From contig JAUCBJ010004729.1 of NCBI GenBank assembly GCA_032718475.1, forward strand, positions 4,636 to 68,635: a stretch of DNA of 64,000 bases, in the 5' to 3' direction. The translations under genes and the position numbers were made by a program. The stretch comes from Nemertoderma westbladi. Taxonomy: Eukaryota > Animalia > Xenacoelomorpha. Below, one piece after another: positions 40,663 through 53,992 of the stretch; within the stretch, counting starts at the first letter, position 1; each line of letters begins with the position of its first letter. The notes under the pieces were generated by a model that saw nothing but the letters and a program-made list of their open reading frames with translations, was not told the origin of the DNA and searched no databases.

Positions 40663-42018
40663 CTATTTGTGTTTTAATATTATGCATTATGTATAATTTT
40701 AATTTTTTACTTCATCTGTTTTCCTGCTTTCCTTTTAACTCATGACTCCTTCTATCGTTTTACTTAAATTTCTATCATTTATTTCAACATATTTTATTTA
40801 TTTCAACAGTAGTTATTGCATTTTTAATTGGGATGTATTACATGACTTCGCACACCTACATGCTAACTGAATTGAGTGAAAAATACTTACACTAGTTCGA
40901 CCCGTCTGTTTGCAAGGAAAGGGACATCTATTCCTTATATGATGTCGACATACAATCAAAGTATGCTCATTTATCTAATAATTTCCGGTATCAATTAAAG
41001 AGGGGTCACTAATTCCAAGAATAATATTTCTTCAAATCTTTATCATATTGCTTGAAATTTGAAACACAACTAGTTCAACTCACCCTAAATCCAATGAAAC
41101 CCAATGAATCCGGAATATTCGATACAGCCTCTAAATTTTTCGCCATTCTTCACATTAGTCGTGATTTATTTATATCATTAGAAAGCTTGCGTTACAGGAT
41201 TCCAAACAATTTCTGAATTTCGTTGAGAAACAGCTGAGGTATCAAATGCGTTCAAATGTTGCTAGAATTCTCATTCGCTTGAGGACATTTATTCTATTTA
41301 ATAAATATACCATTCAGAATCGATAAGGAATACACTGCCTGATGACCGCTCTCTAACACCCATGCATATTCATGAAGTATAGCAGGCTATCTGTAATAAT
41401 GCATTAACTAGTAGATAATAGCCAATGTAATAGTAATATAATAGTAATAGTAATAGTTAATAGTAATATATGAAGTACTGGAATCTATCCATTTACATAG
41501 GAAGTATGTAAGACTTGGCCTGAGTCATTATAAAGCCTAAACCAATAAAGAAAACAATATTAAATAAGATGGATGATTGGTAATACCAATCATCCATCTT
41601 ATTTATTGTAAACAATATCAAACATACCAATTTGGTATGTTTGATGATATGTTATCTAACACCGGAATCAATGGTTTCTTTAAGTTATTTTGTTTTAATC
41701 ACAAATCAGTTCTTTCCCTAGCGTATAGCATGTAATGTAAATGTCTGAGAAAAGCAACTCGCTGACAACAATTAATAGCCGATAGCTATTTATGTAGAAA
41801 AAATTAAACTGAAAACTGTGCTCTTATTCTCGTTTTTTGTTTTGGTTAGAATACTCTACAACTGAACCTACTCCTTTCCCATTACCATTACGTTAGTATC
41901 TGTTATTGACAGTGGTTGTCGACTGCCTGTTGTTGGCTGTTGTTCATATTGAAGTTTAATCAATATACTCCAAAAACTGCTCAACTATAAACTAATAATT
42001 ATATTTCCCTTAATTTAG

Positions 42019-45000
42019 TTACAACTGGTCCGCCACCAACTACTGGTACCGCTCCACCTCCACCTCCTTCGACAACTACTGGACCTACAACAACTGTGGG
42101 TCCACCTACAACACCTGGAACAACAACAGCACCTCCACCCACAACACCCGGACCAACAACAGCACCACCACCAACAACAACACCCGGACCAACAACAGCA
42201 CCTCCACCCACAACACCCGGACCAACAACAGCACCTCCACCCACAACAACACCCGGCCCAACAACAGCACCACCACCAACAACAACACCCGGACCAACAA
42301 CAGCACCTCCACCCACAACGCCCGGACCAACAACAGCGCCTCCACCCACAACAACACCCGGACCAACAACAGCACCACCACCCACAACAACACCCGGACC
42401 AACAACAGCACCTCCACCCACAACACCCGGACCAACAACAGCACCTCCACCCACAACAACACCCGGACCAACAACAGCAGCTCCACCAACAACACCCGGA
42501 CCAACAACAGCGCCTCCACCCACAACAACACCCGGACCAACAACAGCACCACCACCAACAACAACACCCGGACCAACAACAGCACCTCCACCCACAACAC
42601 CCGGACCAACAACAGCACCTCCACCCACAACAACACCCGGACCAACAACAGCGCCTCCACCCACAACAACACCCGGACCAACAACAGCACCACCACCCAC
42701 AACTACCCCCGGACCAACAACAGCACCTCCACCCACAACGCCTGGACCAACAACAGCTCCTCCACCCACAACAACACCCGGACCAACAACAGCACCACCA
42801 CCCACAACAACACCCGGACCAACAACAGCACCTCCACCCACAACACCCGGACCAACAACAGCACCTCCACCCACAACAACACCCGGACCAACAACAGCAG
42901 CTCCACCAACAACACCCGGACCAACAACAGCACCTCCACCCACAACACCCGGACCAACAACAGCACCTCCACCCACAACAACACCCGGACCAACAACAGC
43001 GCCTCCACCCACAACAACACCCGGACCAACAACAGCACCACCACCCACAACAACCCCCGGACCAACAACAGCACCTCCACCCACAACACCTGGACCATCA
43101 ACAGCACCACCACCCACAACAACACCCGGACCAACAACAGCACCACCACCAACAACAACACCCGGACCAACAACAGCACCACCACCCACAACAACACCCG
43201 GACCAACAACAGCACCTCCACCCACAACAACACCCGGACCAACAACAGCACCTCCCCCCTCAACACCCGGACCAACAACAGCACCTCCACCCACAACAAC
43301 ACCTGGACCATCAACAGCACCTCCACCCACAACAACACCCGGACCAACAACAGCACCTCCCCCCTCAACACCCGGACCAACAACAGCACCTCCACCCACA
43401 ACAACACCTGGACCATCAACAGCACCTCCACCCACAACAACACCCGGACCAACAACAGCACCTCCACCCACAACACCCGGACCAACAACAGCACCTCCAC
43501 CCACAACAACACCCGGACCAACAACAGCAGCTCCACCAACAACACCCGGACCAACAACAGCGCCTCCACCCACAACAACACCCGGACCAACAACAGCACC
43601 ACCACCAACAACAACACCCGGACCAACAACAGCACCTCCACCCACAACACCCGGACCAACAACAGCACCTCCACCCACAACAACACCCGGACCAACAACA
43701 GCGCCTCCACCCACAACAACACCCGGACCAACAACAGCACCACCACCCACAACAACCCCCGGACCAACAACAGCACCTCCACCCACAACACCTGGACCAT
43801 CAACAGCACCACCACCCACAACAACACCCGGACCAACAACAGCACCACCACCAACAACAACACCCGGACCAACAACAGCACCACCACCCACAACAACACC
43901 CGGACCAACAACAGCACCTCCACCCACAACAACACCCGGACCAACAACAGCACCTCCCCCCTCAACACCCGGACCAACAACAGCACCTCCACCCACAACA
44001 ACACCTGGACCATCAACAGCACCTCCACCCACAACAACACCCGGACCAACAACAGCACCTCCCCCCTCAACACCCGGACCAACAACAGCACCTCCACCCA
44101 CAACAACACCTGGACCATCAACAGCACCTCCACCCACAACAACACCCGGACCAACAACAGCACCTCCTCCCACAACACCCGGACCAACAACAGCACCTCC
44201 ACCCACAACAACACCCGGACCAACAACAGCACCACCACCAACAACAACACCCGGACCAACAACAGCACCACCACCCACAACAACACCCGGACCAACAACA
44301 GCACCTCCACCCACAACAACACCCGGACCAACAACAGCACCTCCACCCACAACACCCGGACCAACAACAGCACCTCCACCCACAACAACACCCGGACCAA
44401 CAACAGCACCACCACCAACAACAACATCCGGACCAACAACAGCACCCCCACCCACAACACCCGGACCAACAACAGCACCTCCGCCCACAACAACACCCGG
44501 ACCAACAACAGCACCTCCACCCACAACACCCGGACCAACAACAGCACCTCCACCCACAACAACACCCGGACCAACAACAGCACCACCACCCACAACAACA
44601 CCCGGACCAACAACATCACCTCCACCCACAACACCCGGACCAACAACAGCACCTCCACCCACAACAACACCCGGACCAACAACAGCACCTCCACCCACAA
44701 CACCCGGACCAACAACAGCACCTCCACCCACAACAACACCCGGACCAACAACAGCACCACCACCAACAACAACACCCGGACCAACAACAGCACTACCACC
44801 CACAACAACACCCGGACAAACAACTGCACTTCCACCCACAACAACACCCGGACCAACAACAGCACCACCATCCACAACAACACCCGGACCAACAACAGCA
44901 CCACCACCAACAACAACACCCGGACCAACAACAGCACCACCACCCACAGCAACACCCGGACCAACAACAGCACTTCCACACACAACAACACCCGAACCAA

Positions 45001-46215
45001 CAACAGCACCACCACCAACAACAACACCCGGACCAACAACAACACCACCACCAACAACAACACCCCGACCAACAACAGCACCTCCACCCACAACACCCGG
45101 ACCAACAACATCACCTCCACCCACAACACCCGGACCAACAACAGCACCTCCACCCACAACAACACCCGGACCAACAACAGCACCTCCACCCACAACACCC
45201 GGACCAACAACAGCACCTCCACCCACAACAACACCCGGACCAACAACAGCACCACCACCAACAACAACACCCGGACCAACAACAGCACCACCACCCACAA
45301 CAACACCCGGACAAACAACAGCACCTCCACCCACAACACCCGGACCAACAACAGCACCACCACCAACAACAACACCCGGACCAACAACAGCACCACCACC
45401 CACAACAACACCCGGACCAACAACAGCACTTCCACACACAACAACACCCGAACCAACAACAGCACCACCACCAACAACAACACCCGGACCAACAACAACA
45501 CCACCACCAACAACAACACCCGGACCAACAACAGCACCACCACCCACAACAACACCCGGACAAACAACAGCACCTCCACCCACAACACCCGGACCAACAA
45601 CAGCACCACCACCAACAACAACACCCGGACCAACAACAGCACCACCACCCACAACAACACCCGGACCAACAACAGCACTTCCACCCACAACAACACCCGG
45701 ACCAACAACAGCACCTCCACCCACAACACCCGGACCAACAACAGCACCACCACCAACAACAACACCCGGACCAACAACAGCACCACCACCCACAACAACA
45801 CCCGGACCAACAACAGCACTTCCACCCACAACAACACCCGGACCAACAACAGCACCTCCACCCACAACACCCGGACCAACAACAGCACCACCACCAACAA
45901 CAACACCCGGACCAACAACAGCGCCTCCACCAACAACAACACCAGTACCATCAACAGCACCTCCACCCACAACAACACCCGGACCAACAACAGCACCTCC
46001 ACCCACAACAACACCCGGACCATCAACAGCACCTCCACCCACAACAGCACCACCACCCACAACAACACCAGGACCATCAACAGCACCTCCACCCACAACA
46101 ACACCTGGACCAACAACAGCACCTCCACCCACAACAACACCTGGACCAACAACGGCTCCACCCACAACAACGCCAGGATCCACCCCAACACTGCCGCCAA
46201 CAACTGCACCACCAC
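42019..46215 (+). CDS. PTS repeat exon 3 (4197 nt, 1399 codons), GPTTAPPPTT(T)P units
   Basis: TTTAG|TT acceptor homologous to 14963; CCA C|GTTAGT donor; phase 1-1; ORF 42096 frame. Confidence 0.9.
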
Positions 46216-46629
46216 GTTAGTAGTAATACTTATATAATTTTAAATTTTACTGTTAATTATTTGGGAGATAGAGAAAGAATATAATTAAATAATAATACAA
46301 AGGTACAATGATTAAATATTAAATTGCAAAGTGTTTATTTTGCTAAAGAAAAGGTATGAAAGTAAAAATGGTTGTTAAGTTTCATAAGAGTATATTTGAG
46401 ATTTTATAGAGTGTCAATATTTCGATGCTACATTAAAAATCAGGATTGCATTGGAGAGATATGCTTCTGTAAATTACAGTTGTGGTACCATTATTATTCA
46501 AGATTCGATGCGCTTAAATCACACTTCACTATTCTGTAATAAACCATTAGAGTTGTAAATTGGGGAAACAATAATATAGGAACATATTTTAATGTATCCA
46601 ACGAATTTATGATTTTATAAGTTAAGTAC

Positions 46630-47050
46630 TGATACTACCACCTTAACTTAACCTCACCTGTGTTTGTAAGTAATGATACTACCACCTTAACTTAACCTCA
46701 CCTGTGTTTGTAAGTAATGATACTACCACCTTAGCTTAACTTAACCTCACCTGTCTTTGTAAGTAATGATACTACCACCTTAACTTATCTTAACCTCACC
46801 TGTCTTTGTAAGTAATGATACTACCACATTAACTTAACTTAACCTCACCTGTGTTTGTAAGTAATGATACTACCACCTTAACTTAACCTCACCTGTGTTT
46901 GTAAGTAATGATACTACCACATTAACTTAACTTAACCTCACCTGTGTTTGTAAGTAATGATACTACCACCTTAACTTAACCTCACCTGTCTTTGTAAGTA
47001 ATGATACTACCACCTTAACTTAACTTAACCTCACCTGTCTCACCTGTCTT
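46630..47050. repeat. 44/49-bp minisatellite, about 9 copies
   Basis: Unit TGATACTACCACCTTAAC(TTAAC)TTAACCTCACCTGT(G/C)TTTGTAAGTAA. Confidence 0.9.
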
Positions 47051-47173
47051 TGCTCTCGGTAGTTGTAATAATTTTAAAATTTATATTAAATTAATTTTAT
47101 TTCTTTGTATGTACTAAATTTATCCTTTTTGAAATAAATAAAATCACATGATTCATTAAAATACATTTTCCAG

Positions 47174-47550
47174 CTCCCCCATCTACAGCAACACCAACAA
47201 CAACAACAAGCAGATGCGATCCATGTCCAGATGAGTGCTCGGATCCTCTCACCATTATGGAAGGTGTTACAGCCAACAATACTGTTGTATTCGACGTTGG
47301 GAGTGTAATTGGTGAAATAACAGAAGGTGATGCGGGTCTCAAACTCTACCTCGCTGACCATCCAGACAAGTGCAGTTCAGTTGGATGTCTCGATGTTGAA
47401 TTAATAATTGGCGGTGATTCATTCACCTTCAGCATCGTTTTCAAACTAACTGACGGCACTGAATATGTATTAACTGAGGATGATGTACTACGTGATGCCT
47501 TCGATATTGCCATTGATCGGGTCCAGAATATTGCTGGAAGTAATATTAAG
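47174..47550 (+). CDS. Module 3 exon H: linker plus N-part of divergent D1
   Basis: TTCCAG|CT, AAG|GTAAGA; phase 1-0; ...SRCDPCPDECSDPL...AGSNIK. Confidence 0.8.
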
Positions 47551-47827
47551 GTAAGAGTGTGGTGAAGGTATTGAAGTTCACTATTTTTTCTCATTAGTTT
47601 TAGTTTGTGTCACTAACATACAAAGCAAAATGATAATTTGGTATATATGTGTATTATGTACGATGCAATTAATCTTTGAAACACTTTAACAAGCTCACCC
47701 ATACAGCCAACAGTCGACACTCTCGCATCCTTTAATTTACCAATATTAGGGTAAGTTTTAATTGCAGTCAAGAATTATAATAAGTGATACCTGTACCAGT
47801 ATAGTAAAAGTGATTGCGTAAAGTAAA

Positions 47828-47916
47828 ACCGCAAGCACTTACTTAGCTAGCATAACGTAAAAAGGCAAGCACTTACTTAGCTAGCATAACGTAAAAACGC
47901 AAGCACTTACTTAGCT
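47828..47916. repeat. About 34-bp tandem repeat, 2.5 copies
   Basis: GCAAGCACTTACTTAGCT occurs three times. Confidence 0.85.
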
Positions 47917-48099
47917 GTTGTTTATTCATTAACGTTGCCTCCTTGTAAATGATAGAATTCTAGGCACAACAGCCAACATTATCTATTTAATTGCATGGTA
48001 AGCTACAGGGATGCCCAGACCCCCACGCTTTTGGTCTGCTTTTTGGTGCCATTCCTTTGTGTTATCACTTAGCCTCTCGCGCAACAGCTTTTCCCCCAA

Positions 48100-48314
48100 C
48101 CGCAGCAGTCCACGCAATCTCTCGCCCACCAGCTGTTCACCGAGGCAGTGCATGCAACCTCTCGCACACCAGCTGTTTACCGATGCAGTGCATGCAACCT
48201 CTCGCCCACCAGCTGTTCACCGAGGCAGTGCATGCAACCTCTCGCCCACCAGGTGTTTACCGCAGCAGTGCATTCAATCTCTCCCCCACCAGCTGTTTAC
48301 CGAAGCAGTGCATG
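48100..48314. repeat. 40-bp minisatellite, about 5 copies
   Basis: GCAGTGCATGCAACCTCTCGCCCACCAGCTGTTCACCGAG unit. Confidence 0.9.
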
Positions 48315-48357
48315 AAATTTTTTTTTAATTTTAATTTAATATTTTTCCTATTACTAG

Positions 48358-48490
48358 ATGTTCACAGTAGATTATGAATGCACCAAGGTTCCTTTACCAA
48401 TGGTGGTCGACAATGTTGAGGAGATTGTTATAATATCGCATACACCTATCACATCATTAATACAAGTCTCCATCAATGGATGTTACAAAG
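48358..48490 (+). CDS. Module 3 exon I: C-part of divergent D1
   Basis: ACTAG|ATG, G|GTAAGG; phase 0-1; LPMVVDNVEEIVIISHT...VSINGC aligns with exon B LPEFAENVKEVKLVSKT...LRLYGC. Confidence 0.8.
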
Positions 48491-49179
48491 GTAAGGAATT
48501 ATAGCTTGTTTCAGTTAGGTCTATATTGCATATTCTCAAATTAATTAATCACATTTCGCATTCAAAATAACTTAAACAAAATAACTTAAAATAAAATAAA
48601 ATAAAATTATAATATATATATATTTATATATATATATATTAATCTGAATTAAAAAAAACGTATAACTAATTAATATTATAACTGTAGGGTGTGAGTACCA
48701 TTTGTATGCAATAAAGAATATATTGTTAAAATAAATAAATAACAAAAAAAATAATAATGAAAAAAACAATTTTAAGTCATTGAAAGTCAGTTGATTTTTA
48801 TTTTAACCACGATTCTTTACATATAAAAAAAGTAAAAGTAAATTTTCTGAAGTAAATTTCTTGCAAATTCTGACGACTTATTTACTTACTTCAAGCACAC
48901 GCGCCGAATTGTTTTAGCTCTGCAAACATGAGAACGCCCACGCCCTGCAGCGGTTGAATTCAAAGTTCGATTGTGAGGTCACGAAGGATGGCCGAACACC
49001 ACTATGGAATAACTTGGTAGCGTGAACAGCTATCTTTCCCGTTGTATGAAACTGGACAGGAAGGGGGATTCAGCTTCACTGTCTCATATAATAAATAGTT
49101 GATTTCAACTATTCAAAAAGTTACTATGCTAATGTATCTGTTAAAACACTATGGTTTGTTAATATTTGTTGTTTTGTAG

Positions 49180-49245
49180 AATGCCCCACTGTCTTGTCTA
49201 CCACTGCACCCACAACATTTCCACCTATGACAACAACTACACCCG
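49180..49245 (+). CDS. Module 3 exon J: linker (homolog of exon C)
   Basis: TTGTAG|AA, G|GTAAG; 66 nt, phase 1-1; ECPTVLSTTAPTTFPPMTTTTP. Confidence 0.8.
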
Positions 49246-49927
49246 GTAAGTTCATATGATTAAGTTAATTAATTTAAATTTGAAGTACTTTACCGTCTTT
49301 TCCATGTTTGTGTTGAAAATATAGAGCATCAAGCATATAGCTTGAATTTAATTAGTATTTATTTAATTAGACCGGTAGAATCATATTCGTCAACTTGCCA
49401 TAAACATGTAGGTCGTCTTCATATATGATGTTGATTAATGTCGAATCGAGTGATTTTTGCATGACTGTGAATTATATTGAAGAATTTAATTTAGACTTTT
49501 ATTTACTTTTATTTTTGACTTCTTAATTAATTAGCAGATTGGTGGGAAGTCATTCACTGCGATTCAGGCATCAATGTCAAATGTCCATTGATATTATTTT
49601 TAAATATGTTCAAGCAACATTCAGATTGACCAACAGTTAGACAATAATAAATTGATTAAAACAAATTGTAGTAAAATGATGTACAACTGTCTCCACTAAC
49701 ACAACACTTGTACTCTATATTTGGTTATTCTGGTACAGTTATGCTGATGAACTGAAGAGACTCTAGTGCCCTTTGGTCTGTCTAGGATCCCTTCTGCTAT
49801 ACCTTGTTTATCATTGCAATCTTAGGACTGAACCAACTAAACATTTTTCAGATATTGACACATTATTTACAACATAATGTTTATTTTTACACATTCGAAA
49901 TAATTTACCCATTTATTTCAACTGCAG

Positions 49928-50086
49928 AATGTGATTGTTGTCCAAATTCCCAAGAGATACCGATAGATGCATACCTTGGTACAAGCAACGTGGAAGATGC
50001 TGCCTTTGGCGAGCCCGGATTCGTCCTGCACAATAATCTCGCAGATTCTCACATCACACTGAAACTTCAAGCTCCTAACGGAAGTC
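49928..50086 (+). CDS. Module 3 exon K: D2 first part
   Basis: CTGCAG|AA, C|GTTAGT; phase 1-1; IPIDAYLGTS...LADSHITLKLQAPNGS matches exon D IPIANYLGTS...LAESHITLQPAAPDGS. Confidence 0.8.
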
Positions 50087-50574
50087 GTTAGTACATCAAT
50101 TTACTTTGCCAATTTACAATGTATTATAATATCAAAGACATTCAGTATCATGTCCAATATTAGATATAATTAATATAACAAATTATAAATAAATTATATG
50201 TCCACGAAATTTGAAGAAATATTTGAGTCTCAAATATGTTTGATTTATCAATATCTTAATTGATCTCTTTGAAATGGTGCTCGGCTGAATTAATCCATAG
50301 CATTAATAATAATATGCTGCACAATTATACACTACACATTTTGCTGATATGTTTAATAATAATAAGACACTTCCTTAGGGGACAGTTGCCATTTCCCCAT
50401 AATTATTTGCAATTGTGAAATCCGATCAACTGCTGGTGAAATGTTTGATATTGAGAAACCTATTATTTAGCCTGAATCTCAAATTAATGCATGATGTTCC
50501 TTGATATACATTCCTACCTATTATTGGTATTTAATTTACAATATGAAATTTAATAATAATTCATAATGTTTCAG

Positions 50575-50795
50575 CCACTCATGCCATCTGGACGATCAAG
50601 TCAATTGAAACCGAAATCCGAAATCCCGATGCGACATCAGCGAAACTGCGCTATCGTTTCCTCTTTAGTTACCGTGACTACCATGAAGGTGGCACCGACA
50701 GATTAGATAAATACTATGAGTTTGCTCTAGATGGATCGATTATACCCGCCCCACCAATAGTATCAGATCTGGCCGATCTAGAAGGAAAAGTTCAG
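50575..50795 (+). CDS. Module 3 exon L: D2 second part
   Basis: TTTCAG|CC, CAG|GTACT; phase 1-0; WTIKSIETEIRNP...DKYYEF...IPAPPI...EGKVQ matches the second half of exon D. Confidence 0.8.
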
Positions 50796-51502
50796 GTACT
50801 GTAAATGTATATAAATAAAAAAAAAAAAATAAAAAAAAAAAAAAGTAAATATAAATGTATGAGTGCAAGATATAGACTGGTACAATCTTACTGTAGTATT
50901 CAATGCAATCACTGGTGCAGCAATCAATTAAATAGAGCCTACATAACATACTTTAGGTAATCGTAGGTCTCAGTACCGGAATGCCAAAACTGTATGTTAA
51001 CAATTTAATAGTCGGTAACAGTACGAGTAGGTTCACACAGATTAGCACACAATACAGTCGCTACGCTACAATCAACCATAAATGAAAAAAGAAGAGAAAT
51101 TAGAACCACTACATATGTATTATAGGCCCATTATAATATAACACAATAGTAGTGAAATATAATGTTTAGACATGAAATTATTTCTATAAATAAATATTTA
51201 TGTTTTCGAATAGAATAATTACATTATTGTCAATTTCTTTTAAATCGTCTTTCGTTTTAAATCGTCTTTCGTTAAATCGTCTATATTCTTATAAAGTTAT
51301 ATGATAAATTTTGAAGTAAATAGTTTAATGAGTAATGTTATAATGCATCCTATTTCATATTAGAAGGTGTTACTGTAATAATATTATGTAGTTTAGTTGA
51401 TTATATTTATTTAAATTTTGATTCAATTCAATTTTGATTCAGGCCAACTACCTGAATACACAACGTCAACTGCAGGCATACGCATGCCTACTGCATACAT
51501 AC

Positions 51503-52137
51503 ACTACTACTACTACTACTACTAGGATCGGCATGCTGCATTGCAGCTGCATTTTTAAGAATGATGTGCCGGCTTGTCGACAAAATTGCGCCGCCACAAC
51601 TCCCAATCACCCATGACATTTGCTGGATCATCCGCATCTTCAAGGCCAGTGTCCTTTAAGATGCGTCTCAAGAGAGTCATGGACTGTCCACCATGCTTAT
51701 TCACTGCACTGGATGGTCCCCACGGCGAAAGCAATGTCCTGCAAAGTGGAGGCGACTTTGTTCTAGTGTCAAGCTTGGGGGAACCAATGAGACACCTCCA
51801 ATGTTATATAGTGTCTGGTTGGAGATGTGTGCATTGTACTTGACAGTTGACACAATGAACCCGGCGTAGCATTCTTGTGAATGTGACATCCAGAGATATT
51901 TGGTATCCTCAGCAGTTAGAGCCCAGCATGGACTCACATAGAGGAGTACTGGAACTACTGCTGATCTAAATAATCGGACCTTAAGTTTCCGATTAAATCT
52001 CTGTGACTTCCAAATCCTGGAAAGCCTATTCAAGTCTGCCCATGCCTTTCCCTTACTTTTACTTTTCCTTTTCGAAGGTCCTCACCTGACTTCTGGATCC
52101 ATGATCCCAGGTAACAGAAGTCGTCCACATGCTCAAG
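51503..52137 (-). mobile_element. 5'-truncated degenerate RTE-clade LINE copy with (TAG)n tail
   Basis: Reverse complement of about 52945-53571 with small indels; (CTA)n run at 51504-51524. Confidence 0.9.
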
Positions 52138-52462
52138 TATACACAGGCCAACTGAATGCATATACAGGCCAACTGCATGCATACACGGGCCAACTGAATG
52201 CATACACACACAGGTCAACTGCCTGAATACACAGGCCAACTGCATGCATACGCATGCCTACTGCATGCATACACGGGCCAACTGAATGCATATACAGGCC
52301 AACTGCATGCATACACAGGCCAACTCCCTGAATGCAAAGGCCAACTGCATCCATACGCATGCCTACTGCATGCATACACTGGCCTACTGCATGCATACAC
52401 TGGCCTACTGCATGCATACACAGGCCAACTGAATGCATACACAGGTCAACTGCCTGAATGAA

Positions 52463-53570
52463 TGTTCAGCATACTTTCATTATATGGGATTCCTGATGAA
52501 ATTATTGCAGTAATCAGATCAGTATACGATGGTTCGACAACATTTGTGTCTACTGTTGATGGTGACACAGAACCATTTGAAGTGTTATGGGGCGTCCTCC
52601 AAGGAGACACACTTGCACCATTCTTGTTCATTATTGTGGTTGACTATGTTCTACGCATGTCCTTAGATCATCATAATGATGATGGGGTGATGATAACTCC
52701 ACCTACTGGCTCCAGAAGTCGAGGAAATCCTGCCAAGTACCTAACTGATCTAGACTTTGCTGATGACTTAGGAGTACTCTCAGAATCATTAGAGGGAGCC
52801 CAACGGCTCCTCAGCTCATTAGAACATGCTGCTTCTAGTGTTGGTCTTTTTATTAACTCCAGAAAGACCAAAATTATGACAGTTAACTTTGAAAGTCCTC
52901 AGCAAGTCTCTGATCGGATGAGCATAAGCTCAAAGGATGGTATGCTTGAGCATGTGGACGACTTCTGTTACCTGGGATCATGGATCCGGAAGTCAGGTGA
53001 GGACCTTCGAATACGTAAGGGAAAGGCATGGGCAGCCTTGAATAGGCTTTCCAGGATTTGGAAGTCACCGACAATTAATAGGAAACTTAAGGTCCGATTA
53101 TTTAGAGCAGCAGTAGTTCCAGTACTCCTCTATGGGAGTCCCTGCTGGGCTCTAACTGCTGAGGATACCAAATCTCTCGATGGCACATTCACAGCAATGC
53201 TACGCCGGGTTCATTGTGTCAAGTACAATGCACACATCTCCAACCAGACACTATATAACATTGGAGGTGTCTCATTGGTTCCCCCAAGCTTGACACTAGA
53301 ACAAAATCGCCTCCGCTTTGCAGGACATTGCTTTCGCCGTGAGGACCAGCCAGTGCATAATCTTGTACTTTGGCAGCCTCATGGAGTGAATAAGCATGGT
53401 GGACAGCCCATGACTTTCTTGAGACGCATCTTAAAGGACACAGGCCTTAAAGATGCGGATGATCCAGCAAATGTCATGGGTGATAGGGAGTTGTGGCGGT
53501 GCAATTTTGTTGACAAGCCGGCACAGCATTCCTAAAAATGCAGCTGCAATGCAGCATGCCGATCCTAGTA
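52463..53570 (+). mobile_element. 5'-truncated RTE-clade LINE, open RT C-terminal half
   Basis: GVLQGDTLAPFLF, LDFADD, GLFINSRKTK, FCYLGS, RLRFAGHCFR; TAGTA tail; TSD GCCTGAATGAA at 52452-52462 and 53571-53581. Confidence 0.92.
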
Positions 53571-53849
53571 GCCTGAATGAACAGGCCAACTGCATGCATA
53601 CGCAAGCCAAACTGAATGCATACACAGGTCAACTGCCTGAATGCCCAGGCCAACGGCATGCATACGCATGCCTACTGCATGCATACACGGGCCAACTGAA
53701 TGCATATACTGGCCAACTGCCTGAATGCACAGGCCAACTGCATGCATACGCATGCCTACTGGATGCATACACGGGCCAACTGAATGTATATACAGGCCAA
53801 CTGCATGCATACACAGGCCAACTGCCTGAATAGACAGGCCAACTGCATT

Positions 53850-53992
53850 CAAGGTTCCACCTTGGTGTAGGGGTTGCATTGAATTCACATCTCCCGAAGG
53901 TCGTCGGTTCGATTCTCACATGGGCCAGGGCAGTTTTCGTTTCGGCACGAATGCTTTAAAGGGACCAGCCGGGGCGCATCTCTGCCTTGCAT
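53850..53992 (+). mobile_element. Short tRNA-derived SINE-like insert in the minisatellite
   Basis: Non-repeat island of about 140 bp with A-box-like TGGTGTAGGGG and B box GGTTCGATTC. Confidence 0.55.

Noticed and set aside
46630-47050. CRISPR-like appearance of regular repeats
   Set aside because: Contiguous tandem units with no unique spacers; eukaryotic intron; no cas genes.
52462-53535. Intact 357-aa reverse transcriptase gene (retron- or domesticated-RT-like, next to repeats)
   Set aside because: The ATG is created at the TSD junction; N-terminal RT motifs and the endonuclease are missing; tail and TSD show an ordinary 5'-truncated RTE copy.
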